Sequence record: DRR723986_10561
Length of the DNA: 40,201 nt
Reading direction: 5' to 3' (one strand)
Shown here: positions 18,570 through 27,679 of the stretch, piece by piece
How the letters are laid out: each line of letters opens with the position of its first letter
How positions within the stretch are numbered: position 1 is the first letter of the stretch
Program-made: the position numbers and the translations under genes
Notes under the pieces: generated by a model
Seen by the model: the letters and a program-made list of their open reading frames with translations, nothing else
Told to the model about the DNA's origin: nothing
The model's database searches: none

Positions 18570-19640
18570 ATGAAAATCCCGTTTATCGACACCCATACAG
18601 CCGGCGAGCCGACGCGAATTTTTTTCGACGTTCCTGATCTCAGTTTGCCACCTGACTTGCCAGCCGCAGTGCAGTATTTGCAGCGTAACGATGACTGGCT
18701 ACGGCGAGCCGTCTTGTGTGAGCCGCGTGGAAACGACGTTATCGTCGGAGCTCTTTTGCTCGACAGCAGATCTACGGAAAGCGTTTCGAGCGTGATTTTC
18801 ATGAATAATGTCGGCTACCTCGGGATGTGTGGGCACGGCACAATCGGCGTCGCCGCTGCACTGAAGCACCTGGGAAAGCTGACTGATTCAGTAGCAATAC
18901 TCGATACGCCAGTCGGAAGCGTTCAGCTTGAATTGACCGGTACGCAAGTGAGTATCAAGAATGTTCCAAGCTACCGCTTCCGCAAAAACGTCGTACTCAC
19001 GGTCGAAGGAAAACGAATCGCCGGCGACATTGCTTGGGGCGGCAACTGGTTCTTCATTGCGGACTTCTCAGAGGAATCCATCTCGCTGAAGAACATCAAC
19101 GAATTGCTCCGTCTTTCGAAGTGTGTTCGTCGGGAACTAGATTTGGCGGGAATCACCGGTGCCGGCGGCGCTGAGATTGATCACGTTGAATTCACCCAAG
19201 CGACCGGGCCAAAGCAGTTCCGCAATTTTGTTCTGTGCCCCGGCGGACAATACGACCGCAGCCCATGCGGCACCGGCACCAGTGCAAAACTCGCTTGCTT
19301 GGCTGCCGACCAAAAATTGGCCGAGGGCGAGCCGATAACAGTGACAAGTGTCGTTGGCGGTCAGTTTCAAGGGACGTTCTCACACTCGACCTCGGGCTCC
19401 TGCGACGTGAACGAAGCGTCGGCAGAGTGTGTTGTTCGACCAACTGTTTCCGGTGAAGCTTTCGTCACCTCAGTCGGCGAATTGGTTATCTGTCCCGATG
19501 ATCCGTTCCGATATGGTTTCGGTGAAGAACACATGCACAATGAGTCCATGCGGCAGGAATCCATTAGCAATGAGACTGCGGACCGAGAATCTGCAGCAAA
19601 TGTTGCAGCGAGGCCGCCTGTCGCAGGAGATCGTCCATGA
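18570..19640 (+). CDS. 4-hydroxyproline 2-epimerase (proline racemase family)
   Basis: IDTHTAGEPTR, NNVGYLGMCGHGTIG, NFVLCPG..YDRSPCGTGTSAKLACLAAD; both catalytic Cys present, Hyp-epimerase-type context. Confidence 0.9.
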   Translation: MKIPFIDTHTAGEPTRIFFDVPDLSLPPDLPAAVQYLQRNDDWLRRAVLCEPRGNDVIVGALLLDSRSTESVSSVIFMNNVGYLGMCGHGTIGVAAALKHLGKLTDSVAILDTPVGSVQLELTGTQVSIKNVPSYRFRKNVVLTVEGKRIAGDIAWGGNWFFIADFSEESISLKNINELLRLSKCVRRELDLAGITGAGGAEIDHVEFTQATGPKQFRNFVLCPGGQYDRSPCGTGTSAKLACLAADQKLAEGEPITVTSVVGGQFQGTFSHSTSGSCDVNEASAECVVRPTVSGEAFVTSVGELVICPDDPFRYGFGEEHMHNESMRQESISNETADRESAANVAARPPVAGDRP

Positions 19641-20875
19641 CGATGCGCGTTACGATTGTTGGTGGCGGAGTGATTGGAGTCGCAAGTGCTTGGTATCTGA
19701 CGCAACGCGGCGTTCAATGCACCGTAGTTGATCGCGCCAAAATTGGCGGCGCTTGCTCGCGAGGCAATTGTGGGTTGATTTGCCCGAGCCACGTTCTGCC
19801 CTTAACGGAACCCGGCGCCTTCAAAGAAGCCCTCAAGGCAATGGTGTCCCCAGGCACCCCGTTCCGAGTTCGGCCGCGCGTCGATCGACATCTTTGGAGT
19901 TGGATGTGGAACTTCGCTCGGCGTTGCAATCGCCCCAACATGCTGCAAGCTGCAAGCGCGATACAGGCGATGTTGAAGACGAGCATGGATGAATACCAGT
20001 CGCTGATGTCCACCGATGGATTCAGTTGTGAATGGCAAAAACGCGGCCTGTTATTCGTCTATCGCAGCCGCTCGGCACTTGAGTCGTACAAGGAAACAAA
20101 CCAACTGCTGGCCGACCAATTCGACGAACCTGCTACGATGCTAGGCCGCGAAGAGGTCACCAACTTAGAACCCGCCCTGCGTGATGATGTTGCTGGGGGA
20201 TGGCACTATGAGCACGACGCACACTTGCGACCAGATCGCTTGATGGCTCAGTGGCGAATGCGGCTTGAGCAACTAGGATGCGAGTTTATCGAAGACAGCC
20301 CCGTCAATCGCGTCGACGCCGAGCGGGCGATTGTCTTTGCGGGGAATCGTGAGATTACTGGCGACAAGATCTTGTTCGCCAGTGGTGCTTGGTCACCGAA
20401 ACTAGTGGAACTGATCGGCTGCCGCGTACCGATTGAGCCCGGTAAGGGTTACTCGATCACCATGCCGCGCCCAAGCATCTGTCCACAGATTCCAATCATT
20501 TTTCCGGAACACCGTGTTGCCGTGACGCCCATGGAGTCTGGTTACCGTCTCGGTTCGATCATGGAGTTTTCCGGCTGGGATGAAACCATCAAGCCAGAGC
20601 GACTCGCCCTGTTGAAGGACGGAGCGAAACACTATCTTCAAGAACCCTACTGCGATCCGGTCGAGGACACTTGGTTCGGCTGGCGACCGATGACGTATGA
20701 CAGTGTTCCAGTGATCGACCGCAGCCCGACGCGAGAGAATATATGGGTTGCCACTGGCCACAACATGCTTGGTTTAAGCATGGCAACTGGTACCGGCCGA
20801 CTCGTATCAGAACTGCTCACCGACTCTTCGCCTCACATCGATCCCAAACCATACTCACTTTCTCGGTTTGGGTGA
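19637..20875 (+). CDS. FAD-dependent D-amino acid dehydrogenase (DadA/DAO family), probably acting on D-hydroxyproline or D-proline
   Basis: IVGGGVIG, GACSRGNCG, GKGYS, GWRPMT.D..PVI, ATGHNMLG; 4-bp ATGA overlap with the epimerase. Confidence 0.88.
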   Translation: MTMRVTIVGGGVIGVASAWYLTQRGVQCTVVDRAKIGGACSRGNCGLICPSHVLPLTEPGAFKEALKAMVSPGTPFRVRPRVDRHLWSWMWNFARRCNRPNMLQAASAIQAMLKTSMDEYQSLMSTDGFSCEWQKRGLLFVYRSRSALESYKETNQLLADQFDEPATMLGREEVTNLEPALRDDVAGGWHYEHDAHLRPDRLMAQWRMRLEQLGCEFIEDSPVNRVDAERAIVFAGNREITGDKILFASGAWSPKLVELIGCRVPIEPGKGYSITMPRPSICPQIPIIFPEHRVAVTPMESGYRLGSIMEFSGWDETIKPERLALLKDGAKHYLQEPYCDPVEDTWFGWRPMTYDSVPVIDRSPTRENIWVATGHNMLGLSMATGTGRLVSELLTDSSPHIDPKPYSLSRFG

Positions 20876-20945
20876 TGCCCACCTTTTGACTCAGCGGCCT
20901 CATTTTACATGGAGACTCCGGCGACCTCGTAGCCGATGCGTCTGA

Positions 20946-23492
20946 CTATCGATAATGGGACGGCGGGTGAGGCTCTACACCGATGCGATCGTACGCAAAA
21001 CCAGACTTGAGCGGTTGGTAGGGTTTGACGAACTCAACCGAACTGTCTGGCGCTATCGAGGATTCCATTCTGAGGCCCCAGTAGACAGCGTTGACTGTCG
21101 TCCGGCGCACGCCTTGGTTTTCAAAGTCTCTCGCCGATCCCATCGTGAAGTGAAAAATCCTCGACTCCAGACCGTTACTCCCCGTCCATGACTTTGTCCA
21201 AGCAATTGGGAGCGGCTCCTTTGACGCGTTCGGTTCGGCATCTTGCTCGAGCGATTTCAATGGCTGTCCCAGTAGCACGGCTGTGCAGTCTTCCGGGAAA
21301 GGGTGTTTCTCGTTGTGACAACGATAAACATCGGAGGTTCCCCAGATTCTGCCAACTCCCGTCAGGATCGCGTGCATCTGGTTACTCGCTGGAACTCCAA
21401 GCGTTGCTTCTCGATGCCAGCCACCGTGGTGGCCCATGAACGTTCCTCCCAGCAGCTCTCGCAGGCTGACCTGACGACCGTCAACTCGATATTGTTTACC
21501 ACCCATGAAACCGTGATTGGCTGTTCGGAGTGCGATGATCGGTTTGCCAGAATTGAAGTAGTCGTGAAAGTGCTGCATCTGATCGTCGGGCAGATGCATG
21601 AAACGACTCATCCAGATGAGACAATCTGCATCCGCAAGTTTTTGCAGGCCTGGAATATTGTGGAAGCGACTCTTGTCCTTGAACGGCGCTGGCAGTGTTG
21701 GGTCAACCTCGCCAGCATCGTTGACCGAAAACAACACAGTGCAATCAAAACCATGATGGGTCGACAAGACGCGTGCCAGCATCGGCATCGCTTGCTCACT
21801 TCGATACTCCTGTTCCGCCGCGATCAGAACAACATGCTTTTTCTTCGCTTTAACGCCTTGAGTGACATTCTCATCGGCCAGATAAGTCAGCCATTGAACA
21901 GCATCGGGCGCATTAGTGGCAGAGTCTTCTTCTGCAGAAGGATAACCGCTCTTCGACTGAGGTCCCGATTTCTGTTTCGGACTCTCTTCGGTAGATTCCT
22001 CGCTTGTCTTCGGCTTTGGAATTTCGTTCAGCGTGTAGTAAGCGCTTGCGTGCAGTAATGGCTTGCCGCTGGCCGATTGCAGGGCTGGTAGATGGAAGTC
22101 GTGAACGTGCCCTTGGACACGATCGGCTACCGTCAACTCGACGCTCAACCCATCTTCAGAGACCTCCGCCTGCGTGACACGAGGAGTCGTCTGGTCAACC
22201 TCAGGGCTCCCGTAGGCTTGGCGATACAAGTGCGTGAATGTTTTCAATTGGTAGGTAGATAACTTGGAGGCCGATACGCGGTCAACTGGTTTGGTGAACG
22301 ACAGCCGAAACCCTTCACTCGTAACGTTGATCAGCTTGATCTCAAAGGGGACTCGACCGGTCCAGTCGAGACGTTCGATAGCGTACGCTTTGGGGCCTCG
22401 AACTGGCCAACCACGATTCGTGCCACCGGCGATCAAACTTCCCTGCGGAGTGAATTGAAGCGCTAGAAGTCCAGTACTAAAGCCTTCACGAAACGGGTAA
22501 CAGGCTCCCTGCCAAACGCCGTTGACCTGTTCTGTGGTTGCACGCATCACAACGCCAAGGCTGAAATCTCCGATGAATATCTGGTTTTCAAAGGGGCCAA
22601 ACTTGCCTTCGGTCTTGTCCACCATAAATCCGGAGATTGACCGCCCCATTCGTTTGTAAGGAAAAACGACCGCATAAGGAACCAGTTCTTTGACGCGTCC
22701 TCGCTCAATCTCCAGACGCGATGGTGTGTTAGGCACGACGGGAGCGGGGCCCATCTCCGGTGCGAGATCATACCAATTGAAGCTGATTGGATGCCCCATG
22801 AAACCGCCTTGCTGAAGCACTTTGAGACTACAAGATCCGTTCCATGGGCCCTGACTTTCGGCATAAAACATGACTCCATGTTCATTCGGGCCGATGCCGC
22901 AAGGGCTGCGAATTCCACTACAAACCGGAATCGTCTTTCCTTCGGGAGTGATTTTCAGGCACCACCCGCGGAAAGGCACCTTCGAGTTATAGGACTCGCT
23001 CAGACAAAGGGCGACCCATATGTTGCCCTCAGCGTCTGGCTTGGATCCGAACGCAAACTCGTGATAATTGCGAAAGCCCCAGGTGTCACTGAGTGTAGAG
23101 AACCTGTCGGCACGTCCATCACCATCGACGTCCGTGATCCGCGTCACCTCAGACTGTTGAGTGACGATCAACGAACCATCGCGATACGCCATTCCGAAGA
23201 CTTCATCCAGTCCCTCAGCGAACTTCTTAAACGAGGGTTCGGGGTAACGATCAAAGGCACCTTCGGCGATCAGTATGTCGCCTCGACGAGTCGCGATGGC
23301 AAGCCGTTCTTGGTCAGGCAGCACTTCAAAGCTTCCCGCCTCAATGGCAAGCTCTTTCGGAAGCGGGATTTGCACCAGCCGATAGTACTTTTCCTCTTGT
23401 TCGGCTGTCCCCCAGTATTCGCCTAGAGGCTCCTGTTGAGGTACGCATATTGTCGCGACAACGAAAATCGCTTTCAGGTATATGGCAATCAT
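20946..23492 (-). CDS. Secreted PVC-type beta-propeller protein fused to a C-terminal ThuA-like domain
   Basis: DVDGDGRAD, NYHEFAFG, GIRSPCG, GKFGPFENQ, GGTNRGW in the N-terminal part; S/E/P-rich linker; HVVLIA..EYRSE, IPGL..L..AD, GKPIIALRTANH, RIFHFTMG in the C-terminal part. Confidence 0.75.
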   Translation of the reverse strand: MIAIYLKAIFVVATICVPQQEPLGEYWGTAEQEEKYYRLVQIPLPKELAIEAGSFEVLPDQERLAIATRRGDILIAEGAFDRYPEPSFKKFAEGLDEVFGMAYRDGSLIVTQQSEVTRITDVDGDGRADRFSTLSDTWGFRNYHEFAFGSKPDAEGNIWVALCLSESYNSKVPFRGWCLKITPEGKTIPVCSGIRSPCGIGPNEHGVMFYAESQGPWNGSCSLKVLQQGGFMGHPISFNWYDLAPEMGPAPVVPNTPSRLEIERGRVKELVPYAVVFPYKRMGRSISGFMVDKTEGKFGPFENQIFIGDFSLGVVMRATTEQVNGVWQGACYPFREGFSTGLLALQFTPQGSLIAGGTNRGWPVRGPKAYAIERLDWTGRVPFEIKLINVTSEGFRLSFTKPVDRVSASKLSTYQLKTFTHLYRQAYGSPEVDQTTPRVTQAEVSEDGLSVELTVADRVQGHVHDFHLPALQSASGKPLLHASAYYTLNEIPKPKTSEESTEESPKQKSGPQSKSGYPSAEEDSATNAPDAVQWLTYLADENVTQGVKAKKKHVVLIAAEQEYRSEQAMPMLARVLSTHHGFDCTVLFSVNDAGEVDPTLPAPFKDKSRFHNIPGLQKLADADCLIWMSRFMHLPDDQMQHFHDYFNSGKPIIALRTANHGFMGGKQYRVDGRQVSLRELLGGTFMGHHGGWHREATLGVPASNQMHAILTGVGRIWGTSDVYRCHNEKHPFPEDCTAVLLGQPLKSLEQDAEPNASKEPLPIAWTKSWTGSNGLESRIFHFTMGSARDFENQGVRRTTVNAVYWGLRMESSIAPDSSVEFVKPYQPLKSGFAYDRIGVEPHPPSHYR

Positions 23493-23594
23493 TCAATACT
23501 TCAACGTGATTGGGAGGACGTAAGCTTTGTTAGGAAAGTCCGCTCGTGCGATTTACAAAGTGAGTTTTCAGACCAGTTGACTGAAACACCTGAG

Positions 23595-26492
23595 CTAAAA
23601 GTGATACTCGAGGCGGATGGTCAGCGACTGACGAGCATCCAGTTGCACCGCAGCGACAAGCACCTTTCTTTCATCCTCTGATTCAATGCGACCCAAAGGA
23701 CCATCGGAGATTCGTAGCTCGAGGCTGCCATCTATCAGATAACGCCCCGGGGCTAACTCTTCAATGGCGTCGGCGGTGGCCAGGGTGAAAGTCAGTGCTT
23801 CTGGCCTATCGCCAGCGGCCAGTGTTATTTGCCTGCGGAGTTGCGTCGTTTGGGTCCTGCTGTCAGAAAACTCGGAAAAGTAGTCTTCCACGTTTACGTT
23901 CGAGACCGAATAGAGCAGCGTCGGCCGCCGCTTGTCGTCCAGCTCATATCCGCGAAACTGGTGCTGCCGAGGCCGGCTCTCATCTCTGGGCCATGGGCTG
24001 CTTGGAATGTCTAGGTCTGGACGGTCGTTGATCGAGATCGGCTTTGCAAGAGGCCGTACCACGCCGTGGCCTTGACCGTACCACACACCACTTGGGTCAA
24101 CGAATCTACCTCGCCAAACGGAATCGAGCCGCATTTGCTCGGCGTCATATGACAAGTTGATGCCGCCTGGGTATCCAATGCCGATCCCTCGTTTGCTTTG
24201 CATCCCTGGATACCGTCGTCGCAGCATCCTAGCTTCATCCGTGACAACAATTTCAAGGGGCTCGCGAATCACGCCTCGCGGCGCGCGTGCTTGTCTTCCG
24301 TCTAGCAAGTACTGCCAAATAGCCTCCACTTGGTAACTAGGCGTCCCTTCAATGTCGGTCCGCATCGCCTTACCGTCAGGCCAGAACGAAGGCATAACTG
24401 TATTCGGACTGTACCGTTGTGGATCAAGCATGTAGCGGTGGAACCAGTCTTTCTGCAGCCGCTCTGCCATCTCGGTCAAATCTACCCCTGGCATTGTGTC
24501 CGCAATTTTGTACTGATAAGTATGGCATGCGACGCAGTTCAATCCTTGGTTGCCGACGATCTTCAAGCCGAGGTCTCGTATCGACTTCTGGTCTTCAATC
24601 TGTACCGGCTCGGCAGGGGGCAGATGGTCAGTACGTCGAAGGAGATCAACGAGATGCCCGACGTTCTCTTCACCAAACTGCGGCATCCTAGTCTTCATGT
24701 AGGGGCGAATCGATCGACCATTGATCAGCACATCCCGTGTCCACTTAGGCTTCAGTTTTGCACCAACGCCCGTCAGAGTAGGTGGCAACCTGCCCTGTTC
24801 ACCCAAGTTCTGGTTAGTGGTCGTAAAGTGCGGACTCCGATCAATGTCGACTCCCCCCAAACCATCTCGTGAGTGACACGCAGTGCAACTGAATGCTACC
24901 AGAGTTGTGTCGATTTTCTCCGCGTTTGTCAGTTCTCCGGCGGAAGCGGTAGTCAGAGCGGCTGAAATCTGTTCACATTGTCGAGCTGTTACGCGGAACT
25001 CGGGCCAGCCTCCGGACTTGCCCGAAACGCAGCCATCTTGTTCGATGTCCACGTTTCCAGCAAGCGAATGCAACGCGGTGTTAATTTCGCTCAGCACGCC
25101 AGTATGACAGTTTCCACACCGGTACCGCTTAAAGTGCTCTCGGCCTCGCGCAACCTTGCTGGCGTCCAGCTTCCACGGGGCCCCTGGGTCAGGCGTAGTG
25201 CTCTGTTCTTCCGATTGCAACAAGTAGCTTGAGAGATTGATCGCCTCGCGGTGTGCCAGAGCCATCGAAGGCATTCGACCTGACTTTCGGGCAAGGTGTG
25301 GATTCTCCAGGAATGCAACGAGGGAATCGGTATCGTATCTACGGCTCAAGTCTCCCAACGGCACCGAGCCTTCCAAGGTCAACTCTGCTGCTGATTGGTC
25401 TCGGGGCGCATGGCAGGCAACACATCCAATACTGTGAAAGAGTTCTCTCCCGGCTGCGGCCGCGGTAGTACTAATGTCTTGCTCAATGTTGCTGGGAAAA
25501 GAACTACTAGAATTTTGAGTTCTTGCGACCAGGAAGTGAACGATTGCCGATGCCGCAGCATTTCGGTCGGACTGACTGAGTTTACCGAGGACGTCAGGCA
25601 TCGTTGTACCGTTCTTGGTAGCGTGCGGGTTCGCGATGAACTCGGCCAAGTACTTTGGATTCAGGCGGCTGGCAGACCACTTCAGATCCGGTGCCGCTTT
25701 CGGTGGGAATGGCAATTCTGCAAGCTTCAATTGATGACAGGCTCTACAGTTCAACTCATCTATAAGCACTCGCCCAGCCAGGTCGTCCGGCAGCTTTCGA
25801 GACGAGCCTTGGGGCTGACCATCGGTCCTGTGAACGCGAGTCGATGCCGAACGACCTCGCATGTCAAATACATAGGCGAGCAGATCCAAGAACTGCCTCC
25901 GGTCCTTCAGTTGGTTAGCCAATCCATTTGGCATGTTAGATTGGTCGCTCGGGCGCCTGACCTCTATTTCCTCAACGGCCAATTCGATAGGGCGTTGAAT
26001 TGCGTCGCTGGTACGAATACTGACTGATGAAGTGGATTCTTCGACGATCACGCCGGATAGGACGCGACCATCTGCGGTCAAGAATTGCGTCGTTTCGTAG
26101 CCCTCTTTTATCTTCTTTGACGGCTCCAAAATCGACTCAATGATATGTCCGTCAGTGACTTCCTTGCCAAGCCGATTCAAGTTTGGTCCGATACCTTCCT
26201 TCTCAGCACTTGGCCGATGACACGAAATGCAATTGATATTGCCTTGATGGAAGAGAATTGCGCCACGAACGATGTCGCCTTTCTCACGAGCATCTTGGGC
26301 AAGGCTCTCTTTCGATTCAGCCATAAGCTGATCCGTTAATGACTGCCCGTGGACTCGCTCAAGTGATCCAATAGCAAGTTGCGCGACAGCGCCCGCAGCA
26401 AATAACGCTAGGCTCCTGAAGAGCCGAAGGCTGCCCCTTTTGACTGTGACACGAGAAGTTGGGCAGCACCGGTAAACTGTCGACAGTTGCAT
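23595..26492 (-). CDS. Hexaheme c-type cytochrome with a PVC putative heme-binding domain
   Basis: Six CxxCH motifs (CISCH, CRACH, CVACH, CGNCH, CTACH, CVACH); GPNL, ESILEPS..I..GY, SNMP and further MP motifs. Confidence 0.9.
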   Translation of the reverse strand: MQLSTVYRCCPTSRVTVKRGSLRLFRSLALFAAGAVAQLAIGSLERVHGQSLTDQLMAESKESLAQDAREKGDIVRGAILFHQGNINCISCHRPSAEKEGIGPNLNRLGKEVTDGHIIESILEPSKKIKEGYETTQFLTADGRVLSGVIVEESTSSVSIRTSDAIQRPIELAVEEIEVRRPSDQSNMPNGLANQLKDRRQFLDLLAYVFDMRGRSASTRVHRTDGQPQGSSRKLPDDLAGRVLIDELNCRACHQLKLAELPFPPKAAPDLKWSASRLNPKYLAEFIANPHATKNGTTMPDVLGKLSQSDRNAAASAIVHFLVARTQNSSSSFPSNIEQDISTTAAAAGRELFHSIGCVACHAPRDQSAAELTLEGSVPLGDLSRRYDTDSLVAFLENPHLARKSGRMPSMALAHREAINLSSYLLQSEEQSTTPDPGAPWKLDASKVARGREHFKRYRCGNCHTGVLSEINTALHSLAGNVDIEQDGCVSGKSGGWPEFRVTARQCEQISAALTTASAGELTNAEKIDTTLVAFSCTACHSRDGLGGVDIDRSPHFTTTNQNLGEQGRLPPTLTGVGAKLKPKWTRDVLINGRSIRPYMKTRMPQFGEENVGHLVDLLRRTDHLPPAEPVQIEDQKSIRDLGLKIVGNQGLNCVACHTYQYKIADTMPGVDLTEMAERLQKDWFHRYMLDPQRYSPNTVMPSFWPDGKAMRTDIEGTPSYQVEAIWQYLLDGRQARAPRGVIREPLEIVVTDEARMLRRRYPGMQSKRGIGIGYPGGINLSYDAEQMRLDSVWRGRFVDPSGVWYGQGHGVVRPLAKPISINDRPDLDIPSSPWPRDESRPRQHQFRGYELDDKRRPTLLYSVSNVNVEDYFSEFSDSRTQTTQLRRQITLAAGDRPEALTFTLATADAIEELAPGRYLIDGSLELRISDGPLGRIESEDERKVLVAAVQLDARQSLTIRLEYHF

Positions 26493-26567
26493 CGTTGAGA
26501 TTTCTTTAGCGTGCGGCTACCAGGATTGAAGTTCGTGGACGGTTTTGATGGACACCGTCGCAGTTTT

Positions 26568-27638
26568 TTAGCGATCGATCGACTTGCGTGGAACACTATC
26601 AAGACCGCGAGCCTGAGGGACCGGGTCTTGTTGCTTCTTATCAGATCGTTCCCGCATCTCGGGTGGATCTACCGGAGCAGTCGGCTGTTCCGCGACATCC
26701 TTAGTTGTGTCGGCTGTAACACTACTGGGCGAGTCATCGGAGCCCTCACCTGTAACGGGCGTCATTTCGTCGATGGACTGATCCGCGAAATCCAGAATGT
26801 AATGCGCAGGAACGCTGATGCCAAATTTCCCGCCAGTTGGATCACTCCAGGCACCAATTAGCATGCCGATGCAAAAGCGTTCGTTGTTTTCGTCTTCGTA
26901 GAAAATCGGAGCGCCCGAGTATCCGCTTCCTGCTGGTGGATTGAACAAATACGCGCGGTTGATCGATTTGCCTCCCACAACTGCACCCAGCATGATTTCT
27001 TCGCTGGCGAGATGCACCACGGCGGTCACCGGACTGATTTCGTTGCCCATCGTTCCCAATCCCCCAGGGAAACCTGCGACGATTAGCTTTGCAGTTCTCT
27101 TGGGAGCAGTCTTCGCAAGATCGGTAGAAAGCAATGCAAGCTCGGCGACTTCTTTTTCTCCCTCTGGCGAGAGCTGAAGCGGTAAGAGGGAGACATCTGT
27201 TTCTGGGTGATCCAACCAGCCAAGCTTGTCCGATGCAGCGACAAGCTTTCCGAGCAGAAACACTCGCGCCTTACCACCAGGTGCGCGATAGGCCAGCCTA
27301 GTATTCGCGTTCAGCTTGTGGCGAACGTGGCTCGCGGTAGCAAAGAAGTAGTGCCCCCGATGGAATAGGAAGAAGCCAGTCGCGAACAATGATTTTGTTC
27401 TCGGAACGATTTTCTTGGTCTGCAAATCCTGCAACAACACAAGATACTTACTCCCTTTTGCTTCGATTACCTCTGGAACCTCCTGGACGATCGCAATGGC
27501 AGTTTCGAAGTACTTATCGCCGCGCTGGCGGAGGCTATCCGGGCTGACCTGCCCAAGAGCACTACCGTCGAGAACAACAAGAAGCGTGAGAGCAAAGAAC
27601 GCAGCTAGAGACCTATTCATACGATTAATAGCCATCAT
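26568..27638 (-). CDS. Secreted trypsin-like (S1) serine protease
   Basis: Signal peptide; TASHV (His), TDVSLL (Asp), GYSGAP (Ser); low-complexity C-terminal tail. Confidence 0.8.
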   Translation of the reverse strand: MMAINRMNRSLAAFFALTLLVVLDGSALGQVSPDSLRQRGDKYFETAIAIVQEVPEVIEAKGSKYLVLLQDLQTKKIVPRTKSLFATGFFLFHRGHYFFATASHVRHKLNANTRLAYRAPGGKARVFLLGKLVAASDKLGWLDHPETDVSLLPLQLSPEGEKEVAELALLSTDLAKTAPKRTAKLIVAGFPGGLGTMGNEISPVTAVVHLASEEIMLGAVVGGKSINRAYLFNPPAGSGYSGAPIFYEDENNERFCIGMLIGAWSDPTGGKFGISVPAHYILDFADQSIDEMTPVTGEGSDDSPSSVTADTTKDVAEQPTAPVDPPEMRERSDKKQQDPVPQARGLDSVPRKSIDR

Positions 27639-27679
27639 TGTTACAACGGTCCCGAAGCTGGATGCTTAGAAGTCTCGGA

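Noticed and set aside
21303..26027. Long plus-strand ORFs (21303-22058, 22791-23426, 25395-26027)
   Set aside because: Antisense shadows of well-supported minus-strand genes with no recognisable motifs
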